From Eledone cirrhosa (lineage: Eukaryota): a stretch of 64,000 nucleotides of DNA. The position numbers were made by a program, and so were the translations under genes. The stretch lies in assembly GCA_964016885.1 (NCBI GenBank), contig OZ024740.1:146072001-146136000 (forward strand), written 5' to 3'. Shown here piece after piece: positions 37,113 through 48,022 of the stretch. Below the pieces are notes generated by a model. It saw only the letters and a program-made list of their open reading frames with translations. It was not told the origin of the DNA and made no database searches. How positions within the stretch are numbered: position 1 is the stretch's first letter; every line of letters begins with the position of its first letter.

Positions 37113-37782
37113 AAGTAAACAGTTTATGAGTCATGATATACATACATGCGTGCATGTGTATGGAGGGGGGAATACCAGGTGTGGTGTTGGCAAATTTCGG
37201 GGAGCATGGAAGTTTTGAAGGATGCAGTGTCCTTTTACCTAAAATACCTAAAAACTTTTTTGTTAACTCAAATGTTTATAGTATTTTTGTATGTACGGAC
37301 CTGTAGCTCCTGATGGAACCATAGGAGTCCTGAGGTGACATGTGGTTTGTTTTGGGCATTTAAAAATTGGTGAACCCTCATCTCTTCTCCAGGTCTGAAC
37401 AGCAGATTTCTTCCAGAGAATGAGAGAGGGTGATAGAGAGAAAGTGAGGAAAAGATATAGAGGAAAAACCAACACTTGTACTGGACTATTAGTTTTTTTC
37501 ATCAACCTCAAAAAGATGAAAGGCAAAGTCAATCTCAGTGTGATTTGAACTCAGAGTACAGAGAGCTGGATCAAATACTGCAAAACATTCTATTCAACAT
37601 TTACCACTTTTTTAATAGTATCTTTACTGATGGACTGACTGCTGTGAAACTTTGTAGTATTAGACTTTAATTTCTGTGATGCAGTCATTGTGATGTTCTA
37701 CACTTTTTAAGAATGCCATGCTAATGTGGTTTCATGCACTACAGGATATTAAGAGTTAAAGCAAACTGAGGAATTACTATAA

Positions 37783-38284
37783 TCTACTAATATGTATTTG
37801 TCCATAGAGATGACTGAGGAAGGAAGGGGTGATAACATCGACTGAGGAGGGGGGTGATGACAAACTACAGAAAGTAGCGTCTAACATTTGCTACACCTGT
37901 GCGTGTGTGTGTTTATATGCATAGCGAATTGGCTACACACATTAGCTGTTATGATTATGAGTGTGTTTGTGTGTTTATTTAGAAAGATACATAGACAATA
38001 GAATTACAAACACACAAATCTACACATGCATATATATAAACAGATACACTTAGAAAAAATAATTATTACATACATACACATCCATGCGATGACTGAGGAA
38101 GGAGGGGGGTGATAAACTATAGAAGTCCAGTGTTCTAAGCTTCGTCACAGCTGTGTATTTGTATGTTTGTATCACTTGTGTGAGTGAGTGCGAAGGAACC
38201 AACCAACCAACAAATATCTCTTTTTTTATATTATGTATAGATATTACAATTAGCCGTCATTTTTGACGGCACAGGGCCAGCTAG
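37783..38284 (+). mobile_element. Non-autonomous Helitron-like element
   Basis: A|TCTACTAATAT start; hairpin GCCGTCA tttt TGACGGC (38253-70) 10 nt before CTAG|T. Confidence 0.55.
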
Positions 38285-39797
38285 TATGCAAGAAGAAAAA
38301 CCAAAATAGAGAATATCGAAACTAAAGAGAAAATAGATTTTCTCTTTTAATAGAAATTAAAAGAGAATGATGCCATAAAATATGTTAAATGAATGATGAC
38401 TCTATAGACTAACAAATATTAACAGCTGTAACTCTTATTTGTAAGCTTGAATTGCTTCCAAAGTTTATATTTGATTACATACAATCTTATATAATATCTG
38501 CAACAATCTGGTTCAGTAAATATACTGAACACTACACAGTCTCAAAAATTGCCATTGATATATATATATACAGTATTCATGCATAATTTTGCATTAGTAG
38601 ATAAGTCACAACTCCATTTTGCATATAACATTCTTGGTTAAGCACTTGACATGAATTAAGGTTTTGTAGGTGCAGAAGATAAGTCACATGCTGGTTTTCA
38701 TGGTGTATTTTATGGAAAGAAATTGTGACTTAAATATTAGATATAAGTATATACAGTATATATTTCAGATATGAATAGTACAGAAAGAGCATAATTTGGA
38801 CTTTATACATACATGCACACACATTATATATATATATACACAACACACATAATACATATACGACCTGACCTCCCCTCCCCACTTCCACTAGTACTTTCTT
38901 AGTTATTTTCAACTTCACTGCTTCACCCCGCCCCACATTCCTGGTAGCTGCATCCCCCCCTTCCCCGTGAAGTGGATGATGATAGGAAGAGCTTCCAGCC
39001 ACGGAGATCTTGCCAAGCAAACAAACAAAGGGTCAGGTGTATCCTTCAGTCATGTCATGACATGACAACCTCCCTAGTGTTGATGATTTACACAATAAAT
39101 ACACCCAGTACACACTGTAAAGTAGTTGGTTTTAGGAAAGGTATCCAGCCACATAAAACTTGCCAGACAAAGGGTCGGGAAGACCCTCAGTTATATCTAA
39201 GGCATCACAATCTTTCCTGAACACTTGATGGAATGTGAGACTGTACATAAGTGCACAGGTCCCTGGCCTGCCTAAGAGATCAGCGGTTCCGCTTCAGTAC
39301 TGACTTGGGTCTATATAGACCTGTCCAACCCTTGCTAGCAGGGAAAGCGGATGTTAAAACGACAATGATGATGATATATATATTAATTACATTAATTATT
39401 TATTATTAGCACAGATTAGTGTAAGCAAACAATTTCTGCTTTCACCCTAAAACGGATCTTCTGAAACTGAGATATGATGTAAATATTTCGGAAAATTACA
39501 AGGAAATATTGTTTTAAAAAATAGAAAGACATAACGGTAATGCGTGAAAACGTTCTTTTGAGATACAACAAAATGTATGCAAAGAGAATAAAAGATTTAA
39601 TTACATCATTAAGTGAAGCAGGAAGAACAAATTCTTGCTATGAAAAAATCAGGAGGCTAATATTCTTTTCAATTTGCCAAATATTTTCCTGCTACCAAGT
39701 ATGGAAAAATTGTAAGTAGAAGTAATGTTATTATACCTAAAGATATTGAGGGTATAAACAATAGTGGTAAAAATAATATTATTAATAATGACAATAA

Positions 39798-39987
39798 TGA
39801 TAATAATAATAATTGTTTCTTTTTTGGCACAAGGCCAGCAATTATACCAGTGCATTACTGATACTTTATTTTATCAACCCCGTAAGGATGAAATGCAAAG
39901 TTAACCTCGGCAGGATTTGAACTCCGACTGTAACTCTATGCTAAAAAGCATAGTGTCTGACCCTCTACCGATACTGCCAATCCACCA
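39798..39987 (-). mobile_element. Meta-like SINE
   Basis: Homologous to 1082-1272 and 17140-17324. Confidence 0.8.
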
Positions 39988-40199
39988 ACGATGGTAATAA
40001 TAATGATAATAATAATAGTAATTATGATAATATGATAATAATTGAGGTAAATATTTTTGAAGTAAGGAGTTAGTTGTCGTGCATAGGTATACACTTACAA
40101 ATGAGGATGTATGAGCATATACATGTGCAAAACTATAGAATATGGAAATATATATTACCTCACCAGTCTATTTTTTACAGTTAATCTAAGCTTAATGAT

Positions 40200-40632
40200 T
40201 CTGTCACTTACTCTACCTCTATCACCTTATCTATCCATTTATCAGCTAGTAAGATGTCTACCCCTCCTACCCCACTGTCATTTCCTCCCCAGTAGAGTTT
40301 ATATCTACGTTGCTTGCTCATGATTAGTCTCGTTAAGGCACCCCTCCATCTCGCTTCTTGTACATCTACTACTCTTCTATCTAACAGTTCCACAATTTCA
40401 CCTGATTTTCCTTTCAGGGTACCAATATTGAGGATGACAGTCCTGAGATTTGAACCTTGACAGTTGTTACTTCTTTGGTTATAGGTTCTATGTATGTTAG
40501 CCCTATGTTCGCAACTAGTAGAAATCATATTGTTTGTGCTTTTCATAATTTTGGCTGGGTTTTAGTGGCTGGATGCCCTTCCTATCATCAACCACATTAC
40601 AGTGTAGATAGGGTGCATTGTTCGTGCCACCA
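40200..40632 (-). mobile_element. Degenerate RTE 5' fragment (5' UTR plus endonuclease start)
   Basis: ORF 40208-40546 LNIGTLKGKSGEIVELL...EARWRG, preceded by the AGGAAGGGCATCCAGCC motif. Confidence 0.75.
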
Positions 40633-41410
40633 GCAATAAAGTGATTGTCTTATCAGACTTAAGAGTCCTATATATATATATATATATGAATATGTGTGTG
40701 TATATGTATATGCATGCATGTGAGCATGTGTATATATACATGTATATGTATGTATATATGTACATATGTACGTACATGTGCATATATAGATGTGTGTGTG
40801 TGTGTGTGTGTGTAATTTTCGTTAATGCTGGTGGCACGAATAAAAGCACCCAGTCCATGCTGTAAAGTGGTGCTGGTGTTAGGAAGGGCATCCAACCAGT
40901 ATAATAAAAAGCCAAAATTATGAGCACAACAAATAAGAATTGCATGTATCCACACCGGTCAGTGCATTCTTATGTATGAGCCTAAATCTGAAAACATTAC
41001 TATTAATGTTTTCGCTATTATTATTATTTTTACTATTATTAATACCTTCAGTATTTTTATGTTTAATCATTTAACTACTATTAATATCATTTTCCATATA
41101 TGGTAGCTGAAAAATATTCAACTATTTTAAAAAGAATATTAGTCACCTGATCTTTTCATAGCAAGAATTCGTTTGTACCACTCCCCATAATCACGTAATT
41201 TCCCTTGCATACATTTTATTCATCTCAAGAAAACATACTCATGCACCATTATGTCTTCCTGTTTTCTAAAGGCAATATTTGGTCATAATATTTTTTAAAT
41301 ATTTACTTCTGCGTCTACAGATTGATTTTTCTCAGTTTCAGATGACCCTGCTTAGGGTGAAAGCAGAAATTCATTACTTAAACTTTTAATCTGCACTAAT
41401 AATAGATATA

Positions 41411-41459
<49 letters not shown>

Positions 41460-41605
41460 TATATATATATATATGTATATATATGTATATATATATGTAT
41501 ATATATATATAAGCAAAGGGATAATTAATTTGTTGGTAATTCAACAAATATATATATTTATAACAGATTTGAAGCACTCGACAAGTTTTCTGGAGTATAA
41601 TATCA

Positions 41606-41755
41606 ATGATATTAATAAATGGAAAACTATATTTATTCTATTATATATATTTCAAGGTATCTGATGAGAGCGTACCAAAGTTTTGGTACCCTTGAAATAT
41701 ATATAATAGAATAAATATGGTTTTATAAATATAGTTTTCCATTTATTAATATCAT
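41606..41755. repeat. AT-rich palindrome enclosing a hammerhead core
   Basis: Arms at 41606-41657 and 41690-41755; CTGATGA (41661)-stem-GAAA (41694)-TATATA. Confidence 0.6.
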
Positions 41756-41853
41756 ATTAATATGATTGATATATATATATATATATGTGTATACATATAC
41801 ATACATATATATATGTATACATATACATACATATATATATGTATATATACATA

Positions 41854-43123
41854 CAGGGTGTGGACGATATTTGTTCGCAATTTTCAACTGCTAATTTTAT
41901 GCAAATTTTTTTTACTTCCATTGTCACTCTTGTCTTCATAAAAACAGTGACTATATTTCCATTATTTATTTTCAGAATAATTGATTATGAATAATTTTGA
42001 ACCTCCAAATTTGTGGAAGAGACACGGAATTCTTCTTGGAATCCGCGCTGGGAGGACAAATAAGGAAATTTCAGCGTCAGCAGGAGAATGGTGCAAAAGG
42101 TCAGAAAGGAATTGGAAGATTCAGGATTCGACTACGAAGCAACATCAGAGAATAAAACACATGATCGACGATCTGACGTCTTTAGAACGCCCGAGTTCGT
42201 CGCTGAAGTTCAGGATATTATCAACAATGAACCAAGCAAGTCGAAGCGTGCCATTGCAAGGGAGAAAGGCGTGGATGAAAAGCTCATTAGGCTGGTGGTA
42301 CATGAAGACATTCGCTACATTTCATATAAGATGAGGAAAGGACAATTTCTGTCAAAGGCGATGCAAGAAAAGCGACTGAAGCACGCAAAGTAGCTGATCA
42401 ACAAGTTGAAACACCCACTGGAGCCAAACATGCTGTGGTTTTTCTCCGACGAGAAAAACTTCTGCCAAGACCAAAAGATCAACTCCCAGAACAACAGGTG
42501 GCTCGCTGTCTCTTCTAAAGACATGCATGCCCAGAGTCATGCAGACAAAGTTTCCAGCGACAACATTGGTCTTAGGTGTCGTCAGCAGTCAAGGTGACGT
42601 CATGCCACCTCACTTCTTCCCTGAGGGCCTCAAGCTGAACACCGATGGCTACATCCGCGTTCTGAGCAAGGTAGCAAAGCCCTGGATCGACCAGGTAGCT
42701 TCAGGTAGGCCGTACATGTGGCAGCAAGACTCCGCGCCCTGCCATACCAGCCGAAAGACCCAAGCCTGGCTGTCAGAGAACTTCGTCGATCACACTTCAC
42801 CTGACATCTGGCCTCCCAGCTCGCCTGACTGCAACCCCCTCGACTTCTTTGTGTGGGCGCAGTGGAACGAGACACCAACAGATCTAGCTGCAATACGAAA
42901 GACGATCTGAAGGCCAGGAGCACAGTGACGAAGGCCGGTAGCCGGTTCCGAGGCCGCCTTGAGGCCGTCATCAAAGCCAATGGTGGATTTATCGAGTGAA
43001 ATTGAAAGAACAAGTCATGAAGACAAACTGACCCAAGTTTGATAAATATATCTTAAAAAATAAAACTACTGTGTTATTTTTTCCTAGACAGTAATCTTGC
43101 AAACAAATATCGTCCGCACCCTG
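41854..43123 (+). mobile_element. Tc1/mariner DD37D (maT) transposon, complete ends, disrupted transposase
   Basis: TA TSDs; TIRs CAGGGTGTGGACGATATTTGTT / AACAAATATCGTCCGCACCCTG; FSDEK, QQDSAP and SPDCNPLD with 37 aa between D2 and D3; frameshifts and a stop. Confidence 0.93.
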
Positions 43124-43629
43124 TATATCATCATTATCACCACTGTTTAACAACATATTTTCCATGCCTACATGGGTCAGATAGAGCATTCACATTATGA
43201 GGCAAGTCTGATCAGTTTGCCATGCTGTACCTGACTCAAACAAAACTGTAGTTTGGCCAGATTGTTTACAGCTGGTTGCCCTTCGTAACACCAACCACAT
43301 TTACAGTGTGGAACTGAGTTGTCCTGTTATGAGAGAGCTTTCACCAATTGTCCACACCATACCCTACAGCCTTCTCTACTCTTTCTAGGCAAATATGACA
43401 GAGTGTAAACAGGAGAAAGAGACTGATGATTAAGAGGGTGAAATAAAAGAGAGTATGATTAGAAGACAAAATGAGAGGATTGTAGGAAATGGAGTAATGG
43501 AAGAGAGGCGTGATACTTGTTGGTAAATAGATTGAATAGGAACAATCCTGAGCAGCATGATGGGATAGCAAAAAAGATGGATCATGGTGAAAGATAGAGC
43601 AAGTGATGGATAGCAATGTGCAAGTATAT

Positions 43630-43984
43630 TCATTTCATTTTTCATTTTTTTTTCATTTCATTTTACGTCCACTTTTCCCTGCTTGCAAGGGTGAGACGGG
43701 AACTGATTCTGGCTTGATTTCTACAGCTGGATGCCCTTCCTAACACCAACCTCATTTACAGTGAGTGCTGGGTGCTTTTTTGCCGTGACACCTCCACGAC
43801 CACTTTGCAGTGGAATGATAGGGACCCCAGTCCCTATCATCTCATTTCTACAGCTGAGTAAACTGGAGCAATGTGAAATAAAGTGCCTTGCTCAAGGAAA
43901 CAACACATCACCCGGTCTGAGAATTGAACTCACAACCTTTCGATTGCAAGGCCAATGCTCTAACCACTAAGCCATGAGCCTCCA
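43630..43984 (-). mobile_element. Full-length tRNA-CORE-RTE SINE
   Basis: A-box TGGCTTAGTGG, B-box GAGTTCAATTC, CORE-like domain, RTE 5' motif, RTE tail, (AAATG)n. Confidence 0.85.
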
Positions 43985-44012
43985 TATATATATATATACT
44001 TAATATATATAC

Positions 44013-44099
44013 GTTCAACAATCTGGCAGGAAGGTATACGTTGCTGATGATAGCTAATAAGCTTGAAACTAGTACAGCGTTCCTTTGTCAGTGTTGAAC
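44013..44099 (+). ncRNA. Hammerhead ribozyme (type I, extended stem I)
   Basis: ACGUUG-CUGAUGA(44044-50)-U AGCU aaua AGCU U-GAAA-C ua GUA(44074)-CAGCGU. Stem I continues AAGG/CCUU, CUGGCA/UGUCAG, GUUCAACA/UGUUGAAC. Confidence 0.8.
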
Positions 44100-44987
44100 A
44101 AACGAGCAACGATGGTTGCTGGACACTGTACGGCTTAATACGGGATGTTTGTTTACAAACACACCGAGCATTATAATAAATGTTTGGTGAATCCATACAT
44201 ACAGATATATGTGTGCATGTATGTATATATATATACATACTACTGTGCATCTGTATAAATATATGTATGTACGTATACATACTTATATTTAAGTAACAGC
44301 CGTACTAAGAGTGGGAAATGAAATTTCGTTTCATTTTTTCCGTTTATATATACTTAAGTTATGTGGAAAGAGCAATGCCCATGATGTTTACAATCTCACC
44401 TAGATTGGTTAGATTGATAAGGTTGATGTTTAGCTTGGACATCTTTAAGTTGAGGTCAACAGGAAAAATGTAGGTGGAAAGAGAATTTCAGATGGTTAAC
44501 ATTCTGAGGAGAAGTGTTTATGTATAGTAGTTAGTGGTGAAACATAGTTTGAGTAACAGAAATGATGGGTGTTTATATTGGGCTTAAATTTTTATTTCAC
44601 TGGTTTACACTCCATTCATGCCAATCTGATTTGCCAATTTGTACATTTGCATATTTTTAAAGCATTTGCTTTTACTGTTGTGCTCTTCCAAAGCTGTAGT
44701 AATACAGTTTGAACTTAGGATAATATGATCATTTCTATCTGCTCATCATCATTATTGTTTCACGTTCATTTTCCCTGATAGGAAGGGTTGTGTAAGTTGT
44801 CACAGACCAGTCAGTGCTCAAGCAGAGCTACTGACTTCTCAAATGGACCAGGAGCCTGCATTTTGCTTACATACATTCCTGTATGCTACTGACTGTTCCA
44901 ACAGGCCAAGTTTTTTGCTACACCCAATACAAAATCATATATAACAATCTAGAGGCTTTACAATAAAAAAAAAATCAAATATCTCAC

Positions 44988-45127
44988 CTAAATTCTTTTG
45001 CAAAGTCCAAAGCAATTTCATGTGCTAAGGGATCTCGATCTAAAACAATTAATTTTTCCAGTAGGGGAGCCTTTTGTAGAATCCCTCGACTGTGGCCTCC
45101 ACTGCCAAAAGTCATGTCAAGAACTAT
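44988..45127 (-). CDS. METTL15: METTL15 coding exon 2 (absent from the ORF track)
   Basis: tttAG / GTGAG boundaries, 140 nt, phase 0-2; IVLDMTFGSGGHS (SAM-binding motif) and LDRDP. Confidence 0.95.
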
Positions 45128-45445
45128 CTAAAATAAAGTTTAAATCATTTATTGTAGTCATAGACAATATACCTAGCAGTAAGTGCTACATAATCATTTA
45201 AAACTTCAAGATTTTAGTATAGGAAGAATAAAGTACCAATTGATAGGGTCACAGAAAGAAGTAACAAGAGGGAACACAATAATATCATAGAAATATTCAA
45301 TGACAAAAAGCAAACAAATCATCCTCATATAACACTTATTAAGGCTTATACTATATATTTGGTCAGAGTACAACAGATTGATTAGTAAGTTTGCTTTGCA
45401 ATCATTAGGTCCCTGGTTCAATCTTACTGAATGGCATTTCAGGCA

Positions 45446-45663
45446 TTAGCATTAAACTAGCTGTATCCAGCCAGAATTCTCTCACCTCTTTCTGTTCAAA
45501 CCGACCGTAACCTGCTGCTCATACTTATGTTAAGGTATTGTTCTCAAAATAAATAACATCATAATCTCATAGATTCAATATCATGAGATAATTATGTGAG
45601 ATAAAGTGTTTACCGTGAAAATACAATGGTAAATATAGAGAAATGTAAATGCTAAAAGGTTAA
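45446..45663 (-). mobile_element. TTAA MITE in METTL15 intron 1
   Basis: Family interior and right TIR plus TTAA. Confidence 0.8.
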
Positions 45664-45963
45664 GGGTACATGTGCCTGTGGATGCTCAGTCACTTACATG
45701 TTAATTTCATGAGCAGACTGTTTCATTGATCAACCAGCTAAAACGCTCATCATCGAAACTATATATTAATTCTGCTGATTTTTCTATAAGCATTACCTGG
45801 TGTATAAACAAATATTGATGAAGTATGTTGACACCTATGTTGAGTACTACATTATTTTCTCTTAAGCTTCAGATCATAATTTATCAACATCCATACAATT
45901 ATATTGTTTGGCAATCTTTAGGGCAACCATATGGTAGTAGGATATTTATTTTTATAACTCTTA

Positions 45964-46469
45964 CTCTATATACTTGAATATAAGTTGATCTGAATATAAG
46001 CCGACCCTTATTTTATGACTGAGAAATAAGCAAAATTTCAAACCCTGTTTTTATAAACACATTATTTTTAGATGTTTTTAAATTCTCATCAGTGGAGAAT
46101 ATATTTACGAAGTTTTAATATGTTGATATTCAGAATGTTTTAAGTATTGTTTAGAGTATAGCTTTTGTTTCACAACTCCATTACTTAATGATTTCTTTTT
46201 ACCAATTTCAGACCATTTTGAAGGCCATATTCATTCAAAACATATAGAAAATAGGAAATTGAAAGTGAAACCGGTGTACTATTCACCTCCAAAATGAAAC
46301 CGATGTAATATTGAGCTTAAAAACGAAAATATTTTAGCACCTCATTTACAAAGAATTTAGAAGTTGATAAAAATCAGCAAAATATTGACTTTGAATATCA
46401 CCCAAACTCCCCATTTTACCATCAATTTTTTTATCACATATTTCTTGGCTTATATCCATGTATATACGG
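45964..46469. mobile_element. Pogo/Tigger-like MITE
   Basis: TA-flanked imperfect TIRs CTCTATATACTTGAATATAAG / CTTATATCCATGTATATACGG. Confidence 0.6.
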
Positions 46470-46769
46470 TACTACTTATTATTGAGCTCCTTAGTTTGAT
46501 CTTCATGTATTTTCTCTAGCCATCAAAATATTTTACATTTCGTGTAACTTTCATTGTCTGGATATCACTAAAACTAGCCTTCTTCATAACCAGAAAATAT
46601 CACAACAGGAACTAACTTTCTACAAAGCTCAATTAAGACCAAAAGTGGAGTAGAGCTCCTAGATCTAGCTAGGGTTGTTAAGATTCAGGCATACATAACT
46701 ATCACTACCACTTTATTCATATGAATCTCTACCTTCTTTTTCTCTCTTGGGAGAAGCAGTATGTACGTC

Positions 46770-47100
46770 ATCTTCTTAGACAGTTGCAGGAGAAGTGTTT
46801 TACTAAAATAAGTTCCTATATCTAATATTTATTGACCTGGAAAAGCCTTTGACAGAATCCTATAATTGGATGTACTGTGCAAGAGAGAAGACTGAGTTGG
46901 TATGAACATGTGATGTGTATGAAAGATGACAGCTGTTACAGGAAGTGCAGAGAAATCTTAATGATTGGGACTTGTGGAAGAGGCAGACCCAAGAAGGCAC
47001 AAAATGAGATAGTGAGGATTGACCTTAAGAAGCTGAACCTCCCAATGGAGATGACAAAGGACCATGAGGATTGGCAACATGCTGTTCTAGTGAAGACTCA
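46770..47100 (+). mobile_element. Internally deleted RTE fragment
   Basis: RQLQEK..FIDLEK joined to ERRLSWYEHV..GRGRPKK. Confidence 0.65.
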
Positions 47101-47637
47101 CCTTCTGACCTATCCACACCCCTTCCACTATCATTCCTTAGTAGCTATCCTTACCATCACTGGACACCCCATTCACCTCCCCACATCCAATATAACTCCT
47201 TGGCAGTTATTCTAACCTCTCTTGTATTGCTGCTATGTTGAGTGGTTGGTGACAGGAGGGGCATCCCACTGTCAAAACCATGCAACAAATAGGTAAAAAG
47301 ACTCTCCAATCATGTCAGGGACATGTATATGTATGTAGTGAATACAATATCTTTTCTGACCTCCTAACTCCACCAAATTTAGTAAAGGCCAGTGGTAATG
47401 TGATATGACTAATTGATACTTAAAATGACCTGGATTTTACCCCAACATTATATTTTTGAAAGCAATCTAAGTATAATTTACCATCCCACTTTTAAATATT
47501 TTGCATTGATTTATTTTTTTATATTTTTTTATTTTTATATTTTCTAGACTATTAGCTTGTTTGTTCTTTTATAAGCTTTAATTTCTTATCTAATCTTTTC
47601 CTCTCATGTGACCTGCTTACTCATCCCATTAATAAAG

Positions 47638-47922
47638 CTCAAATTCATTGTTTCTGAAGAAAGACAGGAGAGAAGATATGTATTTTTGAGGCTGATGGTA
47701 TGAAATTACGAAACTATCATTGATTATTCTTCACATTGATTCTTTGCTCTCTGAAACAATTGTAAAACAATGGATTAATTGCTATTTTATTTTGTTTTTC
47801 TTGTTTCAGAGAGCAAAGAATCAATGTGAAGAATAATCAATGGTAGTTTCGTAATTTCATACCATCAGCCTAAAAAATACATATCTTCGCTGCTGTCTTT
47901 CTTCAGAAACAATTAATTTGAG
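47638..47922. repeat. Near-perfect palindrome (122-bp arms, 41-bp spacer)
   Basis: 47638-47759 matches the reverse complement of 47801-47922. Confidence 0.9.
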
Positions 47923-48022
47923 GTTGAGGACTGTCACCATGACCCTCCTAGAAATACATGGGTGCAGAAGAAGCGCAAATGTATGTATATGCACTCACAT
48001 ATTTGGTTGTGTATATATATAT

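Noticed and set aside
41339-41368. Hammerhead-like CAGATGA-CCCT/AGGG-TGAAA
   Set aside because: Core U4 changed and no NUH site or stem III; at most a dead remnant.
40562-41994. Y/I/H/T-rich short ORFs
   Set aside because: Translations of (TA)n and (CA)n microsatellites.
43905-43984. tRNA gene
   Set aside because: A and B boxes continue directly into the SINE body; no complete acceptor stem seen.
47692-47720. Hammerhead in the palindrome arms (CTGATG-GTA..TAC-GAAAC)
   Set aside because: Lacks A9, a proper stem III/NUH site and stem I in both arms.
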